Shown here: positions 48,531 through 57,744 of the stretch, in pieces
Position numbering within the stretch: the stretch's first letter is position 1
How the letters are laid out: each line of letters begins with the position of its first letter
Assembly (NCBI GenBank): GCA_035495615.1
Contig: DATJFP010000088.1
Coordinates: forward strand, 41,763 to 105,762
Direction: 5' to 3'
Length of the DNA: 64,000 bases
Source: Verrucomicrobiia bacterium
GTDB taxonomy: Bacteria; Omnitrophota; Omnitrophia; Omnitrophales; Aquincolibacteriaceae
Position numbers and translations under genes: made by a program
The notes under the pieces: model-generated
Database searches by the model: none
The model's input: only the letters and a program-made list of their open reading frames with translations
What the model was told of the DNA's origin: nothing

Positions 48531-48778
48531 GAGGATTTGCCGTCCCTATGTTTTGCTGGCCAAATTGACGTGCTAACTTACCGACTACTTAAAAAATTGA
48601 TTTATATTGTTATATTTAAACTATATATCAAAGTTTTTAAACTCACAATAGTATAGACCGAAATAATTGTAAGTTAAATACTTGATAAAAGTTTTTATGA
48701 AGTAAGTATAGCCGCCACTTTCTAAATTGTCAATCGGAACTTTAGGCAGAAAGGGAGTTTAGCCTGGTTTTAAGGAAA

Positions 48779-48800
48779 GCCCCTACAATAAGGGGTTTAT
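48779..48800 (-). terminator. Weak hairpin immediately after the response-regulator stop codon; possible terminator or attenuator before the giant gene
   Basis: cccct-acaata-agggg (48780-48795) forms a 5-bp GC stem with a 6-nt loop. The minus-strand RNA is then followed by CUUUCCUU. The stem is short and the U-tract imperfect. Confidence 0.2.
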
Positions 48801-49228
48801 TCTTCGGGATCGTCTTCCGGGGTCTTCTTCGGGGCGAGGTTATCTTCGATGCATTTGACCAGGTCCTTGGTACTGACCGGCTTAGAAAGGGCAGGTTTAA
48901 TGGTAAACGGCCGCCCCCCTACCACTCCGCCGAAGGCTTCGCTTTGCCCCTTGCCCACGGTAGCGGTAAGAAAAACGATGGGGGTGTTATTGATCTTTTC
49001 CGTTTCTCGGATTTCGATGGCCACCTCCGTACCACGCTTGTCCGGCATAATCACGTCCAGAAGAATGAGGTCGGGTTTGAAGTCTTTGGCCGCCTGCAGC
49101 CCCTGGGCGCCTTTGGTCTCCACGCGGACCTCGAACTTTCCGAGGGCTTCCAGGTTTTTTTTGATCATGCTTGCGAATTTTTCTTCATCGTCGATAACAA
49201 GGATTTTTTTCTTTGCCGGGTCTGCCAT
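48797..49228 (-). CDS. Single-domain response regulator (CheY-like receiver)
   Basis: 143-aa ORF: [18 protein letters not shown]...PDLILLDVIMPDKRGTEVA...PIVFLTA...K. It has the acidic pair, a phospho-acceptor Asp in LLDVIMP, and the conserved T and K. Confidence 0.85.
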   Translation of the reverse strand: MADPAKKKILVIDDEEKFASMIKKNLEALGKFEVRVETKGAQGLQAAKDFKPDLILLDVIMPDKRGTEVAIEIRETEKINNTPIVFLTATVGKGQSEAFGGVVGGRPFTIKPALSKPVSTKDLVKCIEDNLAPKKTPEDDPEE

Positions 49229-49239
49229 GATTCCTCCTG

Positions 49240-50802
49240 TTAAAATTTCAGCGTGACTTTGGCGCCGTTTTTCTTTCGGTTTTCGATTTTTATTTCCCCT
49301 TTGTGCATTTCGACGATGCTTCGAACGACCGAAAGGCCCAAACCGGTGCCGCCGAGTCCGCGGCGCGTCGTAATGAACGGGTCAAAAATCTTGTCTAGAA
49401 TCTCCGCAGGGATGCCCGTTCCTGTATCTTCTATTTCGACCACGACGCGAAATTCTCCAGCAGGAGGATCCAGGCGACGCGTCGTCAAAATAAGGTCGCC
49501 TCCCTGAGGCATCGCGTGAATGGCATTGGAGAACAGGTTAACAAAAACCTGCATCATCCTGTTTTTGTCGAGCGGCAGCGGAGAAACGCCCGAATCGTAT
49601 TTCTTGGAAGTTTGGACTTTATTATTCATCAGCAGGTGCTTGACCAGATTCAGCGATTCATCCATGACTGAATGCAAATCCACGTTTTCCATCATGGGTT
49701 CCACGGGAGCGGCAAAATCCAGGAGACCTTTGATGACAGCGTCGGCCCGGCGCACCGCGTCGATCATGTCCTGCAGGACGCTTGCCTTTTCCTGATCTGC
49801 ATCACCCATCGTCTGCTGTAAATATTCCGCGCCTTGAAGCAGGATCGCCAGGGGGTTTTTGACCTCATGAGCCACGCCCGCGGCTAAGCGGCCCACCGAT
49901 TGCAATTTCTCCGCCTGGATGAGCTGGTCCTGGGTGGAACGCAGACGTTCATTGACCCGTTTCAATTCCATCAGGGCTTCGATGAGCTTCTGCTCGTTCT
50001 TTAATTGCTCCTGAATGGCGTCTTTGAGCTTTTCCTCGACCTTGACCTGGTCCGAGATCTCCCGAAAAAAAAGCATCAGGCCGGCAAGCGTGTTGTTGTC
50101 AAACACCGGATGGACAACGAAGTTCACCGTCAAGGTCCCGCCCTTTTTGTCATAAAAAGAGACCTGATCGGCGGCGCGCAGTTGTCCGTCGCGGAGGGTT
50201 TCCAACATTTCTTTCCCTGGATTCAAAGCCGGCGGTGAAAGGCCTGTATCCGGCATCAGGATCTCCTCGAGGCTGTGGCCGAGAATCTCCTTCACGCTCC
50301 GTCCGAGCATCCGGCACGCAGAAGCATTCGTTTGAACAGCCCTGCCGTTCAGGTCCGTCTCCACGATTCCTTCGGTCACGGCATTCACGATCAAAGCCTT
50401 CCTCAGCTGGCTGCTCAGGAGCGCGATCTGGAGATCTTTCTTGGAAGCGGCATTCTTAAGCCAATGCGCCAGAAGCTCCGCGTCCAGGCTCGCCTTGGGA
50501 AGATAATCGGCAAATCCCATCTGCAGGGCCTGGGCGGCCGCCCGCTCATCATTGTTGCGGATGAGCGCAAGAACAGGGATTTGTTTGGACTCGGAAGAGA
50601 ATTTTTCAACGCGATCGGGACGTCCGGAAAAAAAATCGAAATTGACCAGAATGATGGAAGGCAAAAAACCGCGGATCTTCGACAAGCCCTCTTCGAGGTC
50701 CGCCGCTCTATAAATCTGCAGGCTCGCTATTTTCTGCGATTCCAGCAGCCCTTCCAAAAAGTCGGCATCCTGGGCATTGTTTTCGATGAGAAGGACCTTC
50801 AT
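49240..50802 (-). CDS. Hybrid sensor histidine kinase: N-terminal atypical receiver domain, PAS, HisKA, HATPase_c
   Basis: 520-aa ORF. N-terminus MKVLLIENNAQDADFLEG...SIILVNFDFF is receiver-like, but the acidic pair is replaced by EN and Asn sits at the expected Asp position. H-box is AAGVAHEVKNPL. ATP-lid motifs are EIEDTGTGIP and GLGGTGLGLSVV. Confidence 0.85.
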   Translation of the reverse strand: MKVLLIENNAQDADFLEGLLESQKIASLQIYRAADLEEGLSKIRGFLPSIILVNFDFFSGRPDRVEKFSSESKQIPVLALIRNNDERAAAQALQMGFADYLPKASLDAELLAHWLKNAASKKDLQIALLSSQLRKALIVNAVTEGIVETDLNGRAVQTNASACRMLGRSVKEILGHSLEEILMPDTGLSPPALNPGKEMLETLRDGQLRAADQVSFYDKKGGTLTVNFVVHPVFDNNTLAGLMLFFREISDQVKVEEKLKDAIQEQLKNEQKLIEALMELKRVNERLRSTQDQLIQAEKLQSVGRLAAGVAHEVKNPLAILLQGAEYLQQTMGDADQEKASVLQDMIDAVRRADAVIKGLLDFAAPVEPMMENVDLHSVMDESLNLVKHLLMNNKVQTSKKYDSGVSPLPLDKNRMMQVFVNLFSNAIHAMPQGGDLILTTRRLDPPAGEFRVVVEIEDTGTGIPAEILDKIFDPFITTRRGLGGTGLGLSVVRSIVEMHKGEIKIENRKKNGAKVTLKF

Positions 50803-50877
50803 GACGACACACCGGTCTTCGGGAATAAACCAGATTCAGGAAGGAAATGTTGGGGCGCGGGACGTAGGAAGCGAGGA

Positions 50878-51243
50878 TTACTCTTCCCCAAGATTGCTTC
50901 GCACTTTTTTTAGCAGGTCTTCCGGGCGGTAGGGCTTCACCATGTAGTCCTTGACGCCTTCGAGCTCGAACAGGTCTTTCATCTTATCCTTGGCAGTCAG
51001 GACAATCACGGGAGTCGCCTTGATGGCCTCATTGCGCTTGAGCGTCCTTACGAAAGTGTAGCCGTCCATCTTGGGCATGAGAACATCGACGATGATGAGA
51101 TCGGGATGTTCTTTTTGGACTTGCAGGAGGCCTTCTTCCCCGTCATGAGCCGTCACTACCTGATAGGAACACGCCACCAAACGGTTCTTCAGCAGTTCCA
51201 CGATGTGGGGGTCGTCGTCAATGACTAGGATTTTTTTTGACAT
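50878..51243 (-). CDS. Single-domain response regulator (CheY-like receiver)
   Basis: 121-aa ORF: [16 protein letters not shown]...[16 protein letters not shown]...PVIVLTAKD...K. Confidence 0.85.
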   Translation of the reverse strand: MSKKILVIDDDPHIVELLKNRLVACSYQVVTAHDGEEGLLQVQKEHPDLIIVDVLMPKMDGYTFVRTLKRNEAIKATPVIVLTAKDKMKDLFELEGVKDYMVKPYRPEDLLKKVRSNLGEE

Positions 51244-51326
51244 TCATCCTCAATGCCTTCGCCGGGAGAGGGCCCGATGTCGGCCCCTAAAATATCGGCC
51301 TCTCTCCAGGGAAAATTAAGCGAAGA

Positions 51327-51402
51327 TGGTGGACCTGAGGAGGATCGAACTCCTGACCTCATCGTTGCGAACGATGCGCTCTCCCAGCTGAGCTACAGGC
51401 CC
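51327..51402 (-). tRNA. tRNA-Ala (anticodon CGC), CCA encoded
   Basis: Minus-strand sequence GGGCCTGTAGCTCAGCTGGGAGAGCGCATCGTTCGCAACGATGAGGTCAGGAGTTCGATCCTCCTCAGGTCCACCA folds as a 76-nt cloverleaf: 7-bp acceptor stem with G3:U70 (Ala identity), D loop AGCTGGGA, anticodon loop TTCGCAA (U33, CGC, A37), T loop TTCGATC. Confidence 0.9.
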
Positions 51403-51411
51403 ATTGAATTT

Positions 51412-52257
51412 TTAGTCCAGACGCGAAAAGGATTCCGACGCGTTAAGAAACTGGCGGAGCACTTCAAAGACCTTTTCCTGGCCTAATTCATTAAAAATTT
51501 CATGATAAAACCCCTCGAAGATTTGCATCTCTTTGTGGGGTGACTTCACTTTGTCAAAGAAAGCCTTCGTTTTTTCCCGGTCCACGACTTTTTCAAGCCC
51601 AGACATCAGGATGTAAACGGGAAAAGGGAAATCAAATGCCGGTTCGGCATCAATTTTGCGGCCATATGTTATCATTTCCGCCAGCAATCGAACAGAAATT
51701 TTTCGCTTAATGAGCGGGTCCTTTTTGTAGGCCTCGATCTCTTCGGGATTATGCGACAAGTGCGGCGGGTAGACGGGATTGGCATACACGAGCCTCGGGT
51801 GAATCCGGTTGAGCATCGCGTTGAATGCGATCAGAAAGGAAGACAGCTTGAGCCCCAGGCACGGTGACGATAAAATCAAGCACGCAATTTCTTCCGGAAA
51901 CCGCTTCGCCCAATGGACCGCGACAAGCCCGCCGAGGCTGTGCCCGAACAGAATGATCTTACCGTTCACACCGTGGCGTTTTCTCAAAAAATCCCGGAAC
52001 GCGGTGAGGTCGTCCACAAACCGGTCGAGCGAATCAATATAAACCTCGCGTCCCCCTGAACGCCCCATACCCCGCGCGTCGTACATGGCCAGGGATATCT
52101 TCTGCGTTTCGAGATGACGGACAAATTTATGATACCGGCCGCAGTGCTCGCCGTGTCCATGGACGATGATCATGGTCCTCTTGGCGTCGGGATTAGCGTA
52201 ATAGCGGTAAAATAATTTTGTCCCGTCCTGCGCTTGAAAAAAATCCTGCTCTTCCAT
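51412..52257 (-). CDS. Alpha/beta hydrolase (lysophospholipase / monoacylglycerol-lipase-like)
   Basis: 281-aa ORF: [17 protein letters not shown]..., nucleophile elbow GHSLGG. Hydrolase_4-like. Confidence 0.8.
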   Translation of the reverse strand: MEEQDFFQAQDGTKLFYRYYANPDAKRTMIIVHGHGEHCGRYHKFVRHLETQKISLAMYDARGMGRSGGREVYIDSLDRFVDDLTAFRDFLRKRHGVNGKIILFGHSLGGLVAVHWAKRFPEEIACLILSSPCLGLKLSSFLIAFNAMLNRIHPRLVYANPVYPPHLSHNPEEIEAYKKDPLIKRKISVRLLAEMITYGRKIDAEPAFDFPFPVYILMSGLEKVVDREKTKAFFDKVKSPHKEMQIFEGFYHEIFNELGQEKVFEVLRQFLNASESFSRLD

Positions 52258-52267
52258 GCCGCTGCTT

Positions 52268-54073
52268 TCAGGAAACGGTCCTGAAAGACTCTCCTTTTTG
52301 ATACATGGCTTCGACCACCGATTGGAACTTTTCCAAAACCGCCTTCCGTTTGATTTTCAGGGTAGGCGTCAGCTCTCCCCCTTCGACGGTCAGGTCCTTT
52401 TCGAGAAGCGTGAAATATTTGATCTGTTCATACCGCGCGAGATTCGCCGTCTTGGCCTTAATATGCTCCTCGGCCCACTGCAGGATCTGGGGATCTTTGA
52501 GGAGTTCCGCCCACGGCCGCTGCAGTCCCAGAGCGGCGGCATGCCCCTCGAATTCGGTGCGGTTAGGGACGATCAGGGCCACAAGATAGTTCCGCTTGTC
52601 GCCGACCACCACGGCCTGGAGGAAGATGCGGTCTGCGGTCAGTGTGTTTTCGATGTTCTGCGGGGAGATATTCTTCCCGCCCGAGGTTACGATGATGTCT
52701 TTTTTCCGATCTGTGATTTTCAAAAAACCTTCCGCATCGATTTCTCCGATATCTCCGGTACGAAACCAGTCTCCGTCAAACACCTGCCGCGTGGCCTCGG
52801 GATTCTTGTAATAACCTTTCATGACGCACGGTCCCTTGGTGAGGATTTCGCCGTCCTCCGCGATTTTGACTTCCACGTTGGGAAGCGGCTTCCCTACGGT
52901 TCCCAATTTGAGCGCATTGGGACAGTTCACCGCAATGACCGGGGAGGTTTCGGTGAGTCCGTATCCTTCCAAAATAACGACGCCGGCTGCGTAAAAAAAT
53001 TCCGCGAGCTCTTTGGAAAGCGGGGCCCCGCCCGAAATAAAAAACCGGATACGCCCTCCGAGCTTGCCGCGCAGTTTATTGAAAACCAGAAGCGCGGCAA
53101 TGCCTCTTTTGAATTTCAAAGCAGGCGAAGGCTGTTTCTTACGCAGGTTGACGGCTGCGTACTCCCGCCCCGTTTTCACGGCCCAGGCAAACAGAGCTTT
53201 GCGGAGCGGCGAGGCATGCTCGATCTTTTCCATGATACGCGCATGCATTTTTTCGTAGAGGCGCGGGACGCTGGCCGCAATCGTCGGTCGCACTTTCATC
53301 ATGTCGTCGGGAACGCTCTGCATACTTTCCGCGTAGGCAATGGCAGCGCCGTGAAAAATCATGAAATAATAGCCGGCAAGGCGCTCGAAGACGTGGCTCA
53401 AGGGCAGAAAAGAAAGCGCGACATCGTCTTCCCGGACTTCGATGACTTCGCTGGCGCCGAGGTAATTCGCCACGAAATTCCGGTGGGTCAGCATGACTCC
53501 TTTCGGAGGGCCCGTGGTGCCGGAAGTATAGATTAGCGTCGCAAGATCTTCGGGCGACGTCTTGTCTATTTCCTGGCGCACCGTGTCGGGCGAGCGTTTT
53601 TTTTCTTCTTCTCCTTTTTTCAGAAAACCGTCGAATCCGGGCCCGTCGAAGAGGACGAGCATCCGGAGCGCCTGGTAGCCCGACAATGCCTCCTGAATGC
53701 GCGCCTGCTGTTCTTGCGTGGAGACAAACAGGACCTCGATACCGGCATTTTCCAGGATGTAACGGATGTCTTTGCAGGAGGAGGTGGGATAAATGGGAAC
53801 CGTGACGGCTCCAAGCGACAAAATACCGAGATCGGCGACAGTCCATTCAGGCCGGTTTTCGGAAAGGATTCCGACGCGGTCCCCTCGGCGCACGCTGGCC
53901 GCATGAAGCGCGAAGGCCGCCGCCTCGACTTTGGCAGCCCATTCCTTCCAGGTCCAGCCCACGTAATCGCCTGAGGGACGGGTCTTATAGAAGAGCGCTT
54001 TTCTGTCCCGGAACCGGTCCACCCGCGCGAGGTAAAGCTGGACCAGGTTGGATGACAACTCCTGATTGTCCAT
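52268..54073 (-). CDS. Long-chain fatty acid-CoA ligase (AMP-dependent synthetase, FadD-like)
   Basis: 601-aa ORF with AMP-binding signature LIYTSGTTGPPKGVMLTHRNF and downstream motifs GYGLTETS and TGDIGEIDAEGFLKITDRKKD. Confidence 0.85.
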   Translation of the reverse strand: MDNQELSSNLVQLYLARVDRFRDRKALFYKTRPSGDYVGWTWKEWAAKVEAAAFALHAASVRRGDRVGILSENRPEWTVADLGILSLGAVTVPIYPTSSCKDIRYILENAGIEVLFVSTQEQQARIQEALSGYQALRMLVLFDGPGFDGFLKKGEEEKKRSPDTVRQEIDKTSPEDLATLIYTSGTTGPPKGVMLTHRNFVANYLGASEVIEVREDDVALSFLPLSHVFERLAGYYFMIFHGAAIAYAESMQSVPDDMMKVRPTIAASVPRLYEKMHARIMEKIEHASPLRKALFAWAVKTGREYAAVNLRKKQPSPALKFKRGIAALLVFNKLRGKLGGRIRFFISGGAPLSKELAEFFYAAGVVILEGYGLTETSPVIAVNCPNALKLGTVGKPLPNVEVKIAEDGEILTKGPCVMKGYYKNPEATRQVFDGDWFRTGDIGEIDAEGFLKITDRKKDIIVTSGGKNISPQNIENTLTADRIFLQAVVVGDKRNYLVALIVPNRTEFEGHAAALGLQRPWAELLKDPQILQWAEEHIKAKTANLARYEQIKYFTLLEKDLTVEGGELTPTLKIKRKAVLEKFQSVVEAMYQKGESFRTVS

Positions 54074-54116
54074 CGGACCTCCGGAAGATACTGTTGCTGG
54101 CCGCGGACTGGCGGGG

Positions 54117-54818
54117 CTAAAGGGGCTGTTCTTGATCCTGAGATTCTTCGGAGGGGCCCTGGTCGAACGAATCGACGGTTGCCTTGTTCTTTTCGGTTTC
54201 TTGTCCGATCAGACGCATTTTTTCCTGCCGCAGAATCTCATCCACATCCTCAGATTTGACCTCACCCGCGTCCTTCTTCTTTTCTTGGATCTCCTCGAGT
54301 AATTTGCGGTGGATCTTAGCCTGGTCTGTTATTTGTTCGATTTGGGCAATTTGCGCTTGGCGGGCTTGCTTGATTTTCTCATTCGCGCGGATGATTTCGC
54401 TGATCTGCTTTTGAATCCGGATCACCTGGAGGTCGCGGAAAACATTGCTTCCCCCTCCCCCTCCTCCCGACGCGGGAGCTGCATTGACGGATGCCGGCGG
54501 AAGAGCGGCCGCTTTCTGCGATTCGGTGACGCCTTTCGGCGCGGCCTTCATTTTATCAGGAGCCGACCGCGGTGCTTCGTCCTCGGCCACGGCATCCGGA
54601 AGTTGGAAATCGTCGGATGTAACCTGCTGTTTCATGTCTTCGGTCGTCATCTCCAAAACATTCGGGCGGGTCAATTCGGCATCATCGGAAGGCATCGAAA
54701 GGCTGCTGGAAGACTGGGACAGGGAATCGGATTTCTGCTTTTCCTGTTTTTTCCCGAAAGTAAAACCCAAACTCAAACACACCGAGAGAGTTACAACAAG
54801 GAACTGCCGGTGAAGCAT
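54117..54818 (-). CDS. Hypothetical secreted coiled-coil protein (signal peptide, Gly stretch, Gln/Glu/Lys-rich C-terminus)
   Basis: 233-aa ORF. N-terminus MLHRQFLVVTLSVCLSLGF. Heptad-like segment IQKQISEIIRANEKIKQARQAQIAQIEQITDQAK. No recognisable catalytic motif. Confidence 0.6.
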   Translation of the reverse strand: MLHRQFLVVTLSVCLSLGFTFGKKQEKQKSDSLSQSSSSLSMPSDDAELTRPNVLEMTTEDMKQQVTSDDFQLPDAVAEDEAPRSAPDKMKAAPKGVTESQKAAALPPASVNAAPASGGGGGGSNVFRDLQVIRIQKQISEIIRANEKIKQARQAQIAQIEQITDQAKIHRKLLEEIQEKKKDAGEVKSEDVDEILRQEKMRLIGQETEKNKATVDSFDQGPSEESQDQEQPL

Positions 54819-54980
54819 ATTTCCCCTTTCGAGCCTATTCCCCGCGTCATGAAACGGGGGCCGCAGATGTTGCTAAAAGTTATCGGCCTTTTATCTTAAG
54901 GATTAAGAGCTGTGCACTCAAATACTAGCATGGAAACTTAAATTTGTCATCCAACCATCAAAAAGGAGCCAAAACTATCA

Positions 54981-57014
54981 TCATTCAGCCAAAAGTTGTT
55001 TAATTTCATTAATTTGCGCACGCGCCACTTCTTCCCCGGCCTTGATGAATTTCTGAGGATAATAGAACTGGGCCCAGTGAGCATCCGGAACCATGGGATG
55101 CAGGAGGATGTCCGCCTTCTTGCCCCAGACTTCAGCCATCTCGAATTCCATGAATTGGATCGTATTCATGATGACGTTGAAAATGTTATCGGAATAGCGT
55201 TTGTGAAAGCGGTCGACCTGGTTAGTAACCGCTTTGTCCCAGAAATTCTTATTGGCCACCATCTCCATGCGCTTGCGGTACTTTTCCTGCTGAATTTTGT
55301 GCTTTTCCGCCCAATCCATCGGGCTGGGCAGCACGTTCACGCCGATGATTTTTTTGACGCCTAATTTGCTCAAAACGCGCACGGGTAACGGGTCGATCAC
55401 CCCACCGTCGATCAAAAGCTGGCCTTCGTGCTGGAACGGCCTGAAGATGCCGGGAATCGAAACGCTGGCGCGGATCGCATCCGTGACTTTGCCCGCCCGG
55501 AAAATGACTTCTTCAGCCGTAAATAAGTTCGTTGCCGTGACCCGCAGCGGAATTTTGAGGTCCTGAAACGTCTTGTCGCCCAGATAGGGCGCCAAAAAAT
55601 GGTGCAGCTTCTGTCCTTTGAAAAAGCCATGATGAGCGATCGACAAATCCGCAAACCCGAAGATTTTGAAAAAGGCCGTTTTCTTGTCGATGCCGAAAGC
55701 AAATTCTTCGAGCTGATCCGCATTGTATCCGGCCGCCCAGATCGCACCGACAAGCGCGCCGATGCTCGATCCCGCCACCACGTCGATTTGAATGTTCTCC
55801 TGTTCGAGCACGCGCAAGACTCCGATATGCGCCAGACCGTAGGCCGCGCCGCTTCCCAGGGCCAGCCCGGTCAGATTGCCAGAAAGCTCCTTGGCGAGAT
55901 AACGCAGATTGGCATCATAACGGTCGGCTTGACGATGGCGGTCCGGCACCAGAGAAAAAATGCGCTGCCCCAGAAGTCTTTCCTTTTCTTCAAAAGTAAT
56001 TTCCCTGTTTCCGTTGTCATCTTCGGGAACCAGAACCTTGATTTCGCTGCGGCTGAATCCGAAGGCCTTTTCGAATTCCCCCACGAGCCGGGAAGTTTCC
56101 ACGAGGTCCTGAACTTCCGGCCTTGAATAAAGGTAGATCTCGTCGGATTGTTTGAGCGCGCGGAAAGAAAGGTGCGTGTTGTCCCAGGGAAGCTGCAGCA
56201 ATAGATGGTCATAGCGCGCAGTGAGCGAGCTGAGAAGCGCGGAAAGCCTTTTCTCCTCCCGGTCTCCCGCATTTTCAAAGCCGACATGCAGGTAGTGAAA
56301 TCCGGACGGATGCGGGATCAGAAAATTCCGGAGGTCCGATTCCCGGGAAGGCTCCATCGTAGAGAGCTGATAGGCCGGAATGTTTCCCTTTTTCAGCTGT
56401 TCCGAAACTAAGGGAGAAACCGGCGAAACAAAATCGATGAGCACCACGTCGCCGCGGCCCACCTCCATGAGATTGCGGGCAAAGTCAAACCACAGATGGC
56501 CGTCCTGGGAATTCCTGCCTTTCGCATAAAGCGCGGAAATTTTGACTTCGCGCCGTCGAGTTCCCCCCGCGCTCATGGTCAGACGATGTCCCAAAGACCG
56601 GTTGAGATGCAGCGAAATCGCGGGCATTTCGTTGACCAGCCTGAGAAAGTCTTTTTTTTCCAGCTTGAGGATCAGACCGTCGCTTTTGGCTTCGACAGTG
56701 GCGCTGTGCGGACGCCCGGTCAGAAGCGAGGTTTCTCCGAAGTGGTCCCCGCGGTAAAAATTGAGGAGCGTCTGTTCGGGACGGTCGCCCCTGGGGCGGT
56801 TGAAAAGACGAAACCGGCCGGCGCTCACAACATAGAAGGCATCCGCTTCGGTTCCCTCTTCATAAACGATATCGCCCCTCTTGTATTCCAGAAGGCGCGC
56901 TTTTTTTTCGATGATTTTTTGTTCTGCTGGTGTGAGGGACGAAAAGATGGGGATATCCTCTAAGGAAATCTCCAGCCCAATGTCCATTTTGCGCCCGAAT
57001 TGAAAAAATCCCAT
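54981..57014 (-). CDS. Cyclic-nucleotide-binding domain fused to a patatin-like phospholipase domain
   Basis: 677-aa ORF. cNMP-binding motif FGETSLLTGRPHSATVEA near the N-terminus. Patatin motifs: GLALGSGAAYGLAHIGVL (oxyanion GGxxG), GSSIGA (GxSxG) and DGG. Confidence 0.8.
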   Translation of the reverse strand: MGFFQFGRKMDIGLEISLEDIPIFSSLTPAEQKIIEKKARLLEYKRGDIVYEEGTEADAFYVVSAGRFRLFNRPRGDRPEQTLLNFYRGDHFGETSLLTGRPHSATVEAKSDGLILKLEKKDFLRLVNEMPAISLHLNRSLGHRLTMSAGGTRRREVKISALYAKGRNSQDGHLWFDFARNLMEVGRGDVVLIDFVSPVSPLVSEQLKKGNIPAYQLSTMEPSRESDLRNFLIPHPSGFHYLHVGFENAGDREEKRLSALLSSLTARYDHLLLQLPWDNTHLSFRALKQSDEIYLYSRPEVQDLVETSRLVGEFEKAFGFSRSEIKVLVPEDDNGNREITFEEKERLLGQRIFSLVPDRHRQADRYDANLRYLAKELSGNLTGLALGSGAAYGLAHIGVLRVLEQENIQIDVVAGSSIGALVGAIWAAGYNADQLEEFAFGIDKKTAFFKIFGFADLSIAHHGFFKGQKLHHFLAPYLGDKTFQDLKIPLRVTATNLFTAEEVIFRAGKVTDAIRASVSIPGIFRPFQHEGQLLIDGGVIDPLPVRVLSKLGVKKIIGVNVLPSPMDWAEKHKIQQEKYRKRMEMVANKNFWDKAVTNQVDRFHKRYSDNIFNVIMNTIQFMEFEMAEVWGKKADILLHPMVPDAHWAQFYYPQKFIKAGEEVARAQINEIKQLLAE

Positions 57015-57134
57015 AGGCCTCTATTATCGGCTGTTAAGAGGATTGGATTGAACGCCAATGAGGAAGATAGCCGCGGGGAAGACGGGACCCAAGGATGAGT
57101 CCGGAATGGTACGGGATCTAAGGCAAGCGGAATC

Positions 57135-57566
57135 TTAGCTTATGCCGGGAACTTCCTCTGGATCATTGAAATCATTGACCTTGGTTTCAAGCCAGTGATT
57201 GTAAGCATAGTCCAGAACGCGGAACTTATCCACGGGATCCATCATCAGGAAGCGGACGCCCTGATCATAGCCCTGATTACGGCCTTCTGCCGGGCAGGAC
57301 CACATCACCGTTCCGGAGGTACGGACCGGCTTGGGATCATCCGGAATGTCGATTTCCAGGTCTACCAGAGTCCCCTGTTTGAGATGGACATTGGAATTCA
57401 TCTTGATTCCCTCGCGGGACAGGTCTTTGCTTAAGCTGATGCCCTGAACTTCTTCGCTGCCGGGAGTTTTGAATTTAACGCTCATGTAAGCATCGAATCT
57501 TTTAAATTTTCTCCGCTCTTTTTCCATGAGCTCCTCCTTGTTGTTTGTCATCCTGAGGTTCTCCAT
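57135..57566 (-). CDS. PilZ-domain protein (likely c-di-GMP receptor)
   Basis: 143-aa ORF with RxxxR (ERRKFKRF) and DxSxxG (DLSREGIKM) PilZ motifs. Confidence 0.7.
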   Translation of the reverse strand: MENLRMTNNKEELMEKERRKFKRFDAYMSVKFKTPGSEEVQGISLSKDLSREGIKMNSNVHLKQGTLVDLEIDIPDDPKPVRTSGTVMWSCPAEGRNQGYDQGVRFLMMDPVDKFRVLDYAYNHWLETKVNDFNDPEEVPGIS

Positions 57567-57744
57567 TTGATCGAGATAGACTTTTATAAGTCGTTAAAAA
57601 AACTGGGCTTACGAATAGCGTTTCCAAAATCAATCCAAATATAACACATGAATTTTTCGTTTACAAGAGCACCAAAAAAAAATCTTGGAGCTTTAACTCG
57701 AAGAATGGAAGGGACTTACAGAGCGGGGAAAGAGTTTCCAGAAA

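Noticed and set aside
165-48656. Fourteen large plus-strand ORFs (e.g. 165..5825 at 1886 aa, 12279..16085 at 1268 aa, 29934..34340 at 1468 aa) as real genes
   Set aside because: All are in one frame and interrupted by plus-strand stops. Their translations have antisense-type composition (rich in F, H, Q and R, almost no K, low complexity). The opposite strand in the same register is stop-free and encodes recognisable protein features. They are shadow ORFs of the giant minus-strand gene.
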